From: an uncultured Bacilli bacterium | GTDB lineage: Bacteria > Bacillota_I > Bacilli_A > RF39 > UBA660 | NCBI GenBank assembly: GCA_944332265.1 | Contig: CALVJQ010000005.1 | Location: forward strand, 986-64,985 | Length of the DNA stretch: 64,000 bases | Direction of reading: 5' to 3' | Part shown: positions 9,763 through 20,011 of the stretch, piece by piece | Layout: each line of letters begins with the position of its first letter | Numbering within the stretch: the stretch's first letter is position 1 | Position numbers and translations under genes: made by a program | Notes under the pieces: model-generated | Seen by the model: only the letters and a program-made list of their open reading frames with translations | Told to the model about the DNA's origin: nothing | Databases searched by the model: none

Positions 9763-11136
9763 GTGGATAAAAATATTTTTCGTGAATACGATATACGAGG
9801 AGTGTATCCTGAGCAAATAAATGAAGAAGTAGCTTATACAATTGGAAGAAGCTATGGTTCTTATATTCAAGAAAAATTAAAAAGAAATATATGTGGTGTA
9901 GGAAGAGACAATCGTTTATCTAGTCCTCAATTAGCTAGTGAGTTAATTCGTGGGATAACTGATTCTGGATGTAATGTTATTAATTTTGGTTTAGTTACTA
10001 CGCCTATGTATTATTATGCTTGTTTAAAGACTAATATAATAATTGGGGTAATGGTTACAGCTTCACATAATCCAAAGGATGATAATGGGTTTAAATTTAG
10101 TTTTGATCATTTAGGTAATGCACGTGGAGAACAAGTATATGATTTTAGAGATTATACTTTAGCAGGTAAATTCTTAAGTGGTGAAGGAGAAGTAACTGAG
10201 TTTGATCCACGTGAGTATTATTATAGTTTTATTAGAGAAAATATTGAGATGGGAGATAGAAAGCTAAAAGTTGTCTTAGATTGTGGAAATGGGACAACAT
10301 CATTGTATGCTAAGTATATTTATTCGCAATTTTCAAATTTAGATATAACGATGATTTGTGATGAATCTGATGCTACTTTCCCTAATCATCATCCTGATCC
10401 TTCAGTCTTGGAAAATAATAAAATGTTAATTGATAAAGTTAAAGAAGTTAAAGCTGATATAGGTATTGGTTTTGATGGTGATGGTGATCGAGTTGGTTTT
10501 ATTACTGACAAAGGTGAATTTTTACCAATTGATAAAGCAATGATTATTTATATTAGAGATATTAATAAAAAGGTAGCAAAGAAGAAGTATTTGTATGATG
10601 TAAAATGCGGAAAAGCTTTAGAAGATGAAATTATTAAATTAGGAGCTACTCCTATATGTTATCGTACAGGTAATTCTTGGACTAGATATGAAGTAAATAA
10701 GGAAAGAATTCCTTTTGGAGGAGAATATTCAGGACATCTTTATTTTACAGATAGATGGCCAGGAATAGATAGCGGTTTATATAATGGACTTCGTATGTTA
10801 GAGATCTTAAGTAAAACAAATAAAAGTATAACTGAATTATTAGAAGGAATTAATACATACTATAATACCCCAGAAATTAAAATTGCTGTTACTGATGATA
10901 CTAAGTTTAAAATTGTTGAACAGGTTACAAAGTATGTTAAAGAGAAAAAATATAAGTATTTAGATGTGGATGGTATTAGAGTACAATTTGATGATGGATG
11001 GGCTTTAGTTAGAGCTAGTAATACTGGTCCTAATCTTACTTTACGTTTTGAAGCTAAAACGGAAAAACGTTTAGAAGAAATAAAAAGTGAGTTTGAAAGT
11101 GTTGTTTTAGCAGCTAAAGATAAATTTGTTAAATAA
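9763..11136 (+). CDS. Phosphomannomutase/phosphoglucomutase family enzyme
   Basis: Active-site loop TASHNPKDDNGFKF and Mg loop GFDGDGDRVG. GTG start preceded by GGAGATGA. Confidence 0.85.
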   Translation: MDKNIFREYDIRGVYPEQINEEVAYTIGRSYGSYIQEKLKRNICGVGRDNRLSSPQLASELIRGITDSGCNVINFGLVTTPMYYYACLKTNIIIGVMVTASHNPKDDNGFKFSFDHLGNARGEQVYDFRDYTLAGKFLSGEGEVTEFDPREYYYSFIRENIEMGDRKLKVVLDCGNGTTSLYAKYIYSQFSNLDITMICDESDATFPNHHPDPSVLENNKMLIDKVKEVKADIGIGFDGDGDRVGFITDKGEFLPIDKAMIIYIRDINKKVAKKKYLYDVKCGKALEDEIIKLGATPICYRTGNSWTRYEVNKERIPFGGEYSGHLYFTDRWPGIDSGLYNGLRMLEILSKTNKSITELLEGINTYYNTPEIKIAVTDDTKFKIVEQVTKYVKEKKYKYLDVDGIRVQFDDGWALVRASNTGPNLTLRFEAKTEKRLEEIKSEFESVVLAAKDKFVK

Positions 11137-11165
11137 AAAACTTTGAAGAAATTTTCAAAGTTTTT
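11137..11165. terminator. Bidirectional rho-independent terminator between convergent genes
   Basis: Hairpin AAAACTTTGAA-gaaat-TTCAAAGTTTT, flanked by an A-run and a T-run. Confidence 0.6.
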
Positions 11166-12401
11166 TTATGTATACATTATATTTATATCAACATTGCCGT
11201 TTATACCATCTACACGACCATTACTGCACATTTGCCAATATTTATAATCTCCTGTATAAGAAGTTTTATTAGTATAGTGAGCAAGCCAAATGTCATAGCC
11301 AGTATCGTACCAAACATTTTCAAGATAGTTTTTACTACTATATAAAAGACCTTCGTAGCCTGCTTTTTTGATGGTATCAAGAAATGATTTGGCATTCATT
11401 GTTGTACTATAAAAGCTTTGATGGAAGGTATTATAAAAAGACCAACTTTCCCAATCATAAGCTATAGGGAGATCTATTTTATAGTTTTTTATTTGGGATA
11501 AAACCCATTTAGCATCGTTAATAGCCGATTCTTGATTATATGCATATGAATAAAAATATAAACCAACAGGGATACCTACTTTATTAAAGCCTTCAATATT
11601 TTGGATAAATTTTTTATCTAGAAAATATTCACCATCTATACCATAGGTACTACCAACACGGATAAAAGCAAATTCGACACCAGCATTTTTTAAAGCTTGA
11701 AAGTCGATATTTCCTTGCCAACTTGAGACATCAATACCTATTTTAGTTTTTTCATTTTTATATTCTTTTATAACATCTGAGAATAATGTATATGATTTAG
11801 GAGATGATGAAGATTTTTGATTATTAATTGGTTCTTTTACTTTAAGAGTAAATTCTTTAATAGTTGTATTTCCTGCATTATCAGTTGCTTTAAAAGTAAG
11901 AGGATACTCCCCTATTTTATTTAAGTTATAATGACCAAGAATTTCACATTTAGGATTATCATCATAATTATCGGCGCAAACGATATCCTCTAGTAAAGAG
12001 CCATCGTAACCTTTTTCAACTGAATAGGTATTATTAACCCAGATAACAGGAGCTGTTTTATCTTGAACATTTATTTTGTAAGTATATGGTACTTTGATAT
12101 TTTCTTCATTAAGATATGTAAAATTAATGATATGCTCACCTATTTTACTAGTATCTATTAGATAATCATTTAGTATATCTCCATTAATATTGGTTATAAA
12201 ATCACTTACTTTAACTTCACTTAGAAAGGGAGTCGTTAAATCTTCTTTTAGTTCAACTAATATAGTAGCTGTTTTTATTTTTTTTAATTCTTCTTTTTTA
12301 TTAATATATTTAGCATATGAAGGTATAATTATAGTTGTTATAAGTGTAGTACTTATTATTAAACAAATAATTAAAATAGTATATAAGTATTTTTTCTTCA
12401 T
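11166..12401 (-). CDS. GH25 muramidase (lysozyme) with N-terminal anchor and Ig-like domain
   Basis: GIDVSSWQGNIDFQALKNAGVEFAFIRVG is a typical GH25 start. N-terminal TM helix. Confidence 0.8.
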   Translation of the reverse strand: MKKKYLYTILIICLIISTTLITTIIIPSYAKYINKKEELKKIKTATILVELKEDLTTPFLSEVKVSDFITNINGDILNDYLIDTSKIGEHIINFTYLNEENIKVPYTYKINVQDKTAPVIWVNNTYSVEKGYDGSLLEDIVCADNYDDNPKCEILGHYNLNKIGEYPLTFKATDNAGNTTIKEFTLKVKEPINNQKSSSSPKSYTLFSDVIKEYKNEKTKIGIDVSSWQGNIDFQALKNAGVEFAFIRVGSTYGIDGEYFLDKKFIQNIEGFNKVGIPVGLYFYSYAYNQESAINDAKWVLSQIKNYKIDLPIAYDWESWSFYNTFHQSFYSTTMNAKSFLDTIKKAGYEGLLYSSKNYLENVWYDTGYDIWLAHYTNKTSYTGDYKYWQMCSNGRVDGINGNVDINIMYT

Positions 12402-12402
12402 T

Positions 12403-13152
12403 TTATTTTTCCTTATTACTTGGTGTTTGTTTCATGAATTCAAGAGGATTTATAATATTTACTTTAGGGACTAATGATGTTAAATCAACATAGTAATTAG
12501 AAATATTGGTTTTATCAATAAAGACTGTTACTTTTTGCGTATTATATTTAGCTATAATATTATCTAAATCAAGAAAGGTATCTTCACTATCAAAAACATA
12601 CTCTTTATTATCTTGGGGATTTTTGTATTGACATCTTAGACGATGAGGATATTTTTGTTTATATGTTTTTCCTTTATTATTAGCATATATACTCATAATA
12701 TTAGCTTCAATATATAAACCATTTTGTTTTAGGAATCTTATTCTTTTTTGATTTTTTAAATTTTTAATAAATTGAGGAATAAAGATAATACCAGTTATTA
12801 AAGATAGAAGAAGAATTCCTGATGCTATATAAATTAATAAATTAGTAATTTGACGACTTGGATTGTTCATATCTACTTTAATGGTAGTTTGATCATCAAC
12901 TGCTAGTTCTGTATTATTAGATAATGTTACTTTTCCAACATATTTTTTTTCAGCAACAAAATATTTAACATCGGCAGTTGTTTTATTGCTTTGAGAATTT
13001 ATGCTTGTAATAGTAGCACTAATAGTTAAGGAATTTTTTTCTTCTATATATTTATATATATACATACTAATACTAGTAATAAGAAGAATAATAGCTAGGT
13101 AAGTAAAAATAGTATTTTTTAATTGACGATTTATAATTATTTTATCTTTCAT
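12403..13152 (-). CDS. Membrane protein, unknown function (DUF3592-like layout)
   Basis: 249 aa with two TM helices (aa ~15-35 and ~105-128). Its stop lies 1 nt before the start of the next gene. Confidence 0.45.
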   Translation of the reverse strand: MKDKIIINRQLKNTIFTYLAIILLITSISMYIYKYIEEKNSLTISATITSINSQSNKTTADVKYFVAEKKYVGKVTLSNNTELAVDDQTTIKVDMNNPSRQITNLLIYIASGILLLSLITGIIFIPQFIKNLKNQKRIRFLKQNGLYIEANIMSIYANNKGKTYKQKYPHRLRCQYKNPQDNKEYVFDSEDTFLDLDNIIAKYNTQKVTVFIDKTNISNYYVDLTSLVPKVNIINPLEFMKQTPSNKEK

Positions 13153-13165
13153 ATTTTCAACCCTT

Positions 13166-13639
13166 TTATATTAAATAATAAACAATATCTGTAATTAAAT
13201 TATCATTAATAGTAAATGTAATATTAGTTTTAGAGATATTATATAAATAAGTATTATCATCTATTTTTTCATAATTATCCCCATATATTTTTAACATATT
13301 ATCAATAGTATCTCCTATTTTAATTCCTTCATTCGTTTTTTGTTCTTGATTAGTTAAACGAATAGAATATATTTTTTCAATACCTGTTTCATCATAATAT
13401 GTTTCAATTTCAAAATCATCGTATTCATATATATTAGCGCTAGATTCATTATAGTTACTTGATTCAGAATAAGTATTATTATATTCTTCTAAAGATACAG
13501 AAACGTTATTAAAAATTATTCCTGGTTTTAAATCAATAGCATTGTAAGTAAAGTAATATTCATCGATATTTTTTTCTTCTTTAGTTTCACAACTACATAA
13601 GAAAAAAAGTGTGAAAATTAATATGATTATTTTTTTCAT
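13166..13639 (-). CDS. Putative lipoprotein
   Basis: Signal peptide ending in a lipobox-like LCSC. 157 aa. Confidence 0.5.
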   Translation of the reverse strand: MKKIIILIFTLFFLCSCETKEEKNIDEYYFTYNAIDLKPGIIFNNVSVSLEEYNNTYSESSNYNESSANIYEYDDFEIETYYDETGIEKIYSIRLTNQEQKTNEGIKIGDTIDNMLKIYGDNYEKIDDNTYLYNISKTNITFTINDNLITDIVYYLI

Positions 13640-13719
13640 TTAATCACCTATTCTAATTATATAATTTTATAACTTTATTGTAAATAAAATAAAAAACTCA
13701 CTTTAATTAAATGAGTTTT

Positions 13720-15129
13720 TTATTCGGCTTTTTCACCATCTAAACTAAAGCTTTTAGCATCTGTTATTTTTACATTTATTATTTTACCTATATCATTTTG
13801 AGCATTTGTAACATTAACTAATTTCATTGTATCAGTATAACCAAATACTTTATTATTACCTTTGTCACTTAATCCTTCAATTAGAACAGGGACTACTTTA
13901 TTTAAGTATTTTTGATTAGCTGATAAACTATAGGAATTAATTAATTCATTTAATTTATGTAGTCTTTCTTCTTTAGTAGACATAGAAATAGTATCTTTTA
14001 TCTTAGCAGCAGGAGTTCCTTCACGAGGACTATAAATAAAAGTAAAAGCACTATCAAACTGGCATTTTTTTACAACCTCAATTGTTTCATTAAAATCATC
14101 ATCACTTTCATTAGGGAAACCAACAATTATATCAGTTGTAATGGCACAGTTTGGAATAGTCGTTTTTATTTTATTATATAAGGTAAGATATTCTTCTTTA
14201 GTATAACGACGACCCATTTTTTTTAAAATATTAGTTGATCCTGATTGAAGAGGAAGATGAATATATGGCATGATATTGTCATATTTAGCGATAGTATTAA
14301 TCATTTCATCAGTAAAATCCCAAGGATGAGAAGTTACAAAACGCAAGCGAGGAATTTTAGTTTTACTTACTTGTTCTAATAATTCGGCAAATGATAATTC
14401 ATTAGGTAAGTCTTTTCCATAAGCATTAACATTTTGTCCTAATAAAGTAACTTCTTGGTATCCTTTATTTACTAAATCTGTAACTTCTTTTATTATTTCA
14501 GAACTTTTACGACTACGTTGTTTTCCTCTAGTATATGGAACAATACAATAAGTACAAAATTTATCACAACCATATTGAATATTTACCCATGCTTTAATAT
14601 TGGAATCTCTTTTATAAGTAATGTTTTCATAAACATTGCCTTCACAAGAGTAAACTTCAATATCTTGTTGATGATTGTTTGCAAGAATTAAATCTTGTAA
14701 TTCGTGAATATTATGAGTTCCAAAAACAAGGTTAACATATGGATGTTTTTTCATTAATTCATTTACAACGCCTTCTTCTTGAGCCATGCAACCACAAATA
14801 GCAATAATTAAGTTTGGATTATTTTTTTCTTTTTCATGTTTGCAACGACCTAAAAAACCGTATAGTTTGTCATGAGCGTTTTCACGAATGGCACAAGTAT
14901 TTAAAACTACAACATCAGCATTTTCAAGTTTTTCTGTTTTAGTTAAACCAAGAGATTCTAAACGAGCACTTATTTCTTCACTATCATGAACATTCATTTG
15001 GCAACCATAAGTACGAAGAAAATATTTTTTGTCTTTAAGAGTATTTTGATTGTATTCTTGATTTAAATAGATATATTGAACTTCTTTATCAGTTCTTTTT
15101 CGAGCTTCTTTTATATTTGGTAATTTCAT
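13720..15129 (-). CDS. miaB: tRNA (i6A37) methylthiotransferase
   Basis: N-terminal Cys triad TYGCQMN...NTCAIRE...CGCMA, radical-SAM CDKFCTYC, and a TRAM C-terminus. Start moved to ATG 15129 after GGAAGTGA. Confidence 0.93.
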   Translation of the reverse strand: MKLPNIKEARKRTDKEVQYIYLNQEYNQNTLKDKKYFLRTYGCQMNVHDSEEISARLESLGLTKTEKLENADVVVLNTCAIRENAHDKLYGFLGRCKHEKEKNNPNLIIAICGCMAQEEGVVNELMKKHPYVNLVFGTHNIHELQDLILANNHQQDIEVYSCEGNVYENITYKRDSNIKAWVNIQYGCDKFCTYCIVPYTRGKQRSRKSSEIIKEVTDLVNKGYQEVTLLGQNVNAYGKDLPNELSFAELLEQVSKTKIPRLRFVTSHPWDFTDEMINTIAKYDNIMPYIHLPLQSGSTNILKKMGRRYTKEEYLTLYNKIKTTIPNCAITTDIIVGFPNESDDDFNETIEVVKKCQFDSAFTFIYSPREGTPAAKIKDTISMSTKEERLHKLNELINSYSLSANQKYLNKVVPVLIEGLSDKGNNKVFGYTDTMKLVNVTNAQNDIGKIINVKITDAKSFSLDGEKAE

Positions 15130-15181
15130 AGGTATCACTTCCGTTTATCAATTATATCAAAATAAAAAAGAATAAGCAAAA

Positions 15182-15706
15182 TTATTCTTTTGGATTTTGT
15201 GGTTTTAATGTTAAAGTTATCTCTTTTTCTACTTCTAATTGACGATATGTAACACCACAGGCATCAAATAATCTTTTAGAAGCAATTGTACTTTCAGTAT
15301 TGGCATATTTATCTGATAAGTAAACAACTTCTTTGATTCCACATTGAATAATTTCTTTAGCACATTCATTACAAGGAAATAAGTCAACGTAGATAGTAGC
15401 ACCTTCTAAGTCTTTACGACTTCCACGATAATTTAAGATTGCATTTCTTTCAGCATGGACAACATATAGGTATTTTGTCTCTAATGGTTCACCTTCTCTT
15501 TCCCAAGGAAAGTCATTATCATCATAACCATTTGGAGTACCATTGTATCCAATTGATAGAATACGATTTGTTTTATCAACGATACAAGCACCAACTTGAG
15601 TATTAGGATCTTTGCTACGCATTGCTGATAATTTTGCTACTGACATGAAATATTCTTCCCATGGTAAATAATCAGTTCTAGCAATTCTTTTCTTTTCTTC
15701 GTTCAT
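15182..15706 (-). CDS. comEB: dCMP deaminase (ComEB-type)
   Basis: Zinc motifs HAERNAI and PCNECAKEI. Start moved to ATG 15706 after AAGGTGGAG. Confidence 0.85.
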   Translation of the reverse strand: MNEEKKRIARTDYLPWEEYFMSVAKLSAMRSKDPNTQVGACIVDKTNRILSIGYNGTPNGYDDNDFPWEREGEPLETKYLYVVHAERNAILNYRGSRKDLEGATIYVDLFPCNECAKEIIQCGIKEVVYLSDKYANTESTIASKRLFDACGVTYRQLEVEKEITLTLKPQNPKE

Positions 15707-15771
15707 AAACACTCCACCTTTTCTTTTTTTATTTTAGCATATAAAAATAAAAAGCACTATAGCTTTTTATT

Positions 15772-17958
15772 TTAATCTATTGGTTCACCGCATGATGGGC
15801 AAATGCTTGAGTCATCAGTTAACATTACACCACAATTATTACAGAATTTAGTTGGTGTAGGTTCAGAAATATAAGTTCCTTCCTCTTCTGCTTCGACAAT
15901 AGTTGGACCATTGTTAATCATTTCATTTGGCGTGGTTTCGATAGTTGGAGAATTTATGGTTGGGAAGGAAATATCTTGAATCGGATTTTGTACTTCTGCT
16001 TCTTCTGCTGGTTTTTCTTCTGTTTCAGAAATAATTGGAATTTGTTCTTCTTCTGATGTGATTTCGATTTGTTCTTCACTTTCTTCAGGTGAAACTTGTT
16101 CTTCTTTTTCCTCTTCAACTATTGGTATTTCAGGATTTGGTTCTTCTTCTGTAACTTCTTCTGCTTTAAAAGGAGCGGTTTGTTCTTCTGAACTTCCAAG
16201 ATTTAACTCTTCTTTTTCTTCTTCGATTATTGGTTTTTCAACTGGTTCTTCAGCAGCATCACTATTTTGAACATTAAGTTCAGAACTTTCTTCTTCAATA
16301 ATTGGTTTTGGTTCTGCTACTTGTTCTGTTATTTCTTCTGTTTTTTCTTCAACTACAGGTATTTCAGGATTTGGTTCTTCTGTAACTACTGGAGATTCTT
16401 CTTCATTAGAAGAAGGTTCTTCTTTAGTTTGAGGTTCTTCATTAGTAGTTGGAGATTCAACATTTAGTTCAACTGGTGATGATTCTTCTGTTGCTGTTTC
16501 TTCAGCAGTAGTTTCTTTTATAGAATCTTGATTTTCTACTTCTGGTTGTTCGTTTTCTATAGTATTTTCAACAGATTCTTCTATTGAAGGTTCTACAATA
16601 TTATTTTCAATAACTGGAGTTACTTCTGGCTTTTCAACTTCTTCTGTTTCTTCTGGTTTAGGTTCCTCTGTTGGTGTATTATATACATCTTCTGGAGTTG
16701 AAGGAGCTAATGTAACTTGTTCTAAAGCAGGTTCCTCATTAACCGGTTCAACTACTGGTGATTCTGGAGTTTCATTTTCTAAAGTTGCTCCACCATTATC
16801 AACAGTTGGTGCATCATTTGTTTGAATTGCCATGTTATCATCATTACTTAATTCTAAAACTTGAACTGGTTCTTCGACTGGTGTAACTGTTGGTGTCAAC
16901 TCGATTGGATTATTCTGACTTTCAACAATTTCAGCTGGAAGAATAGTTTCAGTTGGAACGATATCTTCGATTTCTTCAGATTCAACCACAGTTTCTTTAC
17001 CTGGTTCTTCTGGTTGAGTAGGATTTTCAGAAGCTACATCTGGATTTTCGGCGACTTGAGGAGTTTCAACAGGTTGGTCTTGAACGTCTGCAGATGGTTC
17101 TGTTACTGGTTCTTGTTCTGCTACTTGCTCTGTTTCTATAGTTGAAGGTTCTACCTGCTCCATAACTTGAGGTTCTTCAACTAATTGTTCTGTTTCTAAA
17201 GCTTCTGGAGCTTCTTCAACAATATTTTCGACAACTGGTTGTTCAGCAGGTACTTCAGTTTGTCCAACTGGTTGTTCTACTTCTTCTGGTACGGATACAT
17301 TTGGGTTTTCAGCCACTTGTGTTTCAGCCACTTGGATTTCTTCGACTTGTGGTTCTTCGACTTGTGGAGTTTCAGCAACTACTTCACTATCACTTGCTTC
17401 TGTACCATAAGTTTCCGTCACTTCGTCTAATTGTTGCTCAGTTGCTGCAACATTATCACTTACCATTTGAGTTATGACATCTTCTTTTGTTTCGCCATTT
17501 ATCATTTCTTCAGGGTTAACATTTAACATAGTTTGTTGTTCTGGTCCGGGGATTGGATTATCAATAACGGCTGCTTTTGCAGTCGGAGAAACAACTTGCT
17601 CTGCAACAACTTCCCCTGCTTCATTTACTTCAACATTTTGAATTTGCATGTCAACTACTGGTTCTTCTTGAACTGCAGGACTTTCTGGCATGATTAAATC
17701 TCCAGGTTCAGCATTGAACATGTTATCAAGAGTTGGCACTTCTGGTGCTGCCTCAGCAGTTTCAGTTGGAACAGGATTGCTAGTAGTTTCAACAAAAGGG
17801 TTACTATCAGGACCAACAGCTACAGCCATAGCTTGGTTACCTGCTTCGCTAGTTTCAGGCATTGTAACTCCTTCATTAGCAATTACTGGTTCGCTTTGGG
17901 GAGGTGTAGGAACAGCATTATCATCATTTTTTTTCTTAAATTTGTCAAATAGACCCAT
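15772..17958 (-). CDS. Polyacidic E/P/V/T-rich low-complexity protein with C-terminal zinc ribbon
   Basis: 728 aa with a basic N-terminus MGLFDKFKKKNDD, about 650 aa of acidic repeats (EEPNPEIP(V/I)VEE occurs twice) and a C-terminal CNNCG...CPSCG. No TM segment. Confidence 0.6.
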   Translation of the reverse strand: MGLFDKFKKKNDDNAVPTPPQSEPVIANEGVTMPETSEAGNQAMAVAVGPDSNPFVETTSNPVPTETAEAAPEVPTLDNMFNAEPGDLIMPESPAVQEEPVVDMQIQNVEVNEAGEVVAEQVVSPTAKAAVIDNPIPGPEQQTMLNVNPEEMINGETKEDVITQMVSDNVAATEQQLDEVTETYGTEASDSEVVAETPQVEEPQVEEIQVAETQVAENPNVSVPEEVEQPVGQTEVPAEQPVVENIVEEAPEALETEQLVEEPQVMEQVEPSTIETEQVAEQEPVTEPSADVQDQPVETPQVAENPDVASENPTQPEEPGKETVVESEEIEDIVPTETILPAEIVESQNNPIELTPTVTPVEEPVQVLELSNDDNMAIQTNDAPTVDNGGATLENETPESPVVEPVNEEPALEQVTLAPSTPEDVYNTPTEEPKPEETEEVEKPEVTPVIENNIVEPSIEESVENTIENEQPEVENQDSIKETTAEETATEESSPVELNVESPTTNEEPQTKEEPSSNEEESPVVTEEPNPEIPVVEEKTEEITEQVAEPKPIIEEESSELNVQNSDAAEEPVEKPIIEEEKEELNLGSSEEQTAPFKAEEVTEEEPNPEIPIVEEEKEEQVSPEESEEQIEITSEEEQIPIISETEEKPAEEAEVQNPIQDISFPTINSPTIETTPNEMINNGPTIVEAEEEGTYISEPTPTKFCNNCGVMLTDDSSICPSCGEPID

Positions 17959-18115
17959 TTAAATCACATCCAATCTATAATATAGTCCCCTATCTTACTA
18001 TTTTATTATATCATAAAAAAATGAAGAAAAAAGTCTTTTTTGTATAATCCGTCAAGAGAACTTTACTAATATATATTTTTTAATTATAATAAATTATTAT
18101 TTCGAAGGTGATTTT

Positions 18116-19015
18116 ATGAATATTAACATTGAACTTTATAAAACTTTCTTTTGTGTAGCTAAAAATAAGAATATTACTAAAGCCGCTAAAGAGCTTTTAA
18201 TTACACAGCCAGCTGTTAGTAAAAGCATTAAAACTTTAGAAGAACAAATTGGTTGCCCTCTTTTTATTCGTTCAAAATCATGAGTTGTTTTAACTGAAGA
18301 AGGTAAAGTCTTTTATGAGCAAATAAGTAAAGCAATGGAAATAATTGCTACAGCTGAGGAAAAAATACAAGAAATAGTTAGCCTTGATTATGGCTATTTA
18401 AACATTGGAGTTAGTAATACTTTAGTTAAGAAGTTTTTATTACCATATTTAGAAAAATTTCATAAGATGTATCCCAAAATAAAAATTTCCATTGATACTA
18501 ATCCAACTTATGAATTAATTAATCGCGTACGTAATGGCGTTGTTGATCTTATTATTATAAATATGCCTGCTAAATTACCTAACGATTTTATTCAATTTAA
18601 ATTAAAAGAAGTTCATGATATGTTTGTAGCTAATAATTCATTTAAAGAGTTAAAAAATAAAGTTATTCCTTTAAAAGATTTAAGTAAGTATCCTTTAATA
18701 TTAATGGCAAAGAATTCTAATACTAGAGATTTTTTAGATAAATATTTAGAAAGTAAAGGAATAACTTTAAATCCAGAAATCGAATTAACTAGTTATTCTT
18801 TAGTTACAGAATTTACAAAGATTGGAATGGGGATTGGAGTTGTAACTAAAGAATACTTAAATAATGAATTAGAAGATGGAACTTTATTTGAAGTTAAGAC
18901 TGATCCACATTTAGAAAAAAGATATGTTGGATATGGTTATTTAAAGAAGAAAGAATTAAGTCGTAGTACATTAAAATTCTTAGAAATATTAAATAATAAT
19001 ATTATAAAAAAATAA
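18116..19015 (+). pseudogene. LysR-family regulator interrupted by an in-frame TGA at codon 56
   Basis: ATG 18116 gives a canonical LysR wHTH (ITKAAKELLITQPAVSKSIKTLEEQIGCPLFIRSKS). TGA at 18281-18283 is followed in the same frame by VVLTEEGK and a full substrate-binding domain running to 19015. Confidence 0.7.
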
Positions 19016-19021
19016 GTAAGA

Positions 19022-20002
19022 TTACTTATTTTTTTTATGTTTATAAATTAGAATAATTATAAAAGGCATAACAATTAAAATAGTGATAATTATTAGCGCA
19101 ATTATAATTGTAGGATAATTTTTCTTTTCTTTAGATACTTTTTTTATTTCGGCTTTAGGTTGTTCTTCTTTTTTAGGGAGATTATTACGTGTAATATTTA
19201 TTTTATATGTTTTTGTAGTTTTATCTTCAGCAGTTACAATAATTTCAAATTCATTTAAACCAAGTTTTAATTGGTATTCTCCTATTCCAGAAATAGTTGA
19301 TTTTTCATCTTCTGGTTTAGCACTAATTGTTATATCAGCAATATAATATGGAACTTCTAATTCATATAAATAATTATCTTTAGTAAAAGATATATCTAAA
19401 TTAGTTATTTCAAGACTTTTTAAATTAGTATTACTAGATTTTTTAGTTTCTTCTTTTTTTGATGAAGAAGATGAATTACTAGAATTAGATGATGGCTTTT
19501 TAGTTGGTTTTTCATCTAAATAGATATAGCCAGTTATTTTATAATCAGATGGAGAGATGGTATATTCGCAAGCTTTTCTTTTAGCATTAGCGTAACATAT
19601 TTTATCAGTTTCTTCACTGACGCCATTAGCCATACAAGTTTTAAATTCTATATCGTCATAATCAATGCAAGGCCCTGTTGAATCCCATACATGAAGTGTA
19701 TTAGAAGATACTGATTCGACATAACCAACATGGCCATAAGAGGTCCAGTTGCCCCAAACAACAATTGAGTTAGCTTTAGGTGTTTGCCCTACTTTATAGC
19801 CATCTTTTTTAGCATCACTATACCAGTTTTTAGCATTTCCCCAACCTGGAAGAGCAACTCCTCCTTTTTCATAAGCCATCTTCCAAGCATACCAGGTACA
19901 ATTCGTACCATATGAACTAGTTTGCTTATAAGGATTTTTAGCTGCACTTATAACTGAAAGATTAAGCAAAAAGAAAATTAAAAAGATTATTATTTTTTTC
20001 AT
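19022..20002 (-). CDS. CHAP-domain peptidoglycan hydrolase with cadherin-like beta-sandwich and C-terminal anchor
   Basis: CHAP Cys in NCTWYAWKMA and His in YGHVGYV. Ser-rich linker and C-terminal TM helix. Confidence 0.75.
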   Translation of the reverse strand: MKKIIIFLIFFLLNLSVISAAKNPYKQTSSYGTNCTWYAWKMAYEKGGVALPGWGNAKNWYSDAKKDGYKVGQTPKANSIVVWGNWTSYGHVGYVESVSSNTLHVWDSTGPCIDYDDIEFKTCMANGVSEETDKICYANAKRKACEYTISPSDYKITGYIYLDEKPTKKPSSNSSNSSSSSKKEETKKSSNTNLKSLEITNLDISFTKDNYLYELEVPYYIADITISAKPEDEKSTISGIGEYQLKLGLNEFEIIVTAEDKTTKTYKINITRNNLPKKEEQPKAEIKKVSKEKKNYPTIIIALIIITILIVMPFIIILIYKHKKNK

Positions 20003-20011
20003 AAATATTAC

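Noticed and set aside
15772-17958. Tandem DNA repeats inside the acidic gene, considered as a CRISPR or minisatellite array.
   Set aside because: The repeats are imperfect, in frame and translated into reiterated EEP... peptide units. There is no repeat-spacer periodicity and there are no cas genes.
16058-17962. Five plus-strand ORFs (16058-16270, 16267-16467, 16861-17145, 17239-17430, 17690-17962) antisense to the polyacidic gene.
   Set aside because: Their products are F/W/S/C-rich nonsense, the mirror image of GAA/GAG/CCA-rich sense codons. They have no RBS and are fully nested in a 728-aa ORF. This is a composition artefact.
18281-18283. TGA read as a sense codon (genetic code 4 Trp, or code 25 Gly), which would make the LysR gene intact.
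   Set aside because: TGA clearly terminates the Y-family polymerase (36792-36794) and the VbhA-like ORF. All Trp codons in the long conserved genes are TGG. No other conserved ORF is broken by TGA. A genome-wide reassignment is therefore not supported, though local read-through is left open in the findings.
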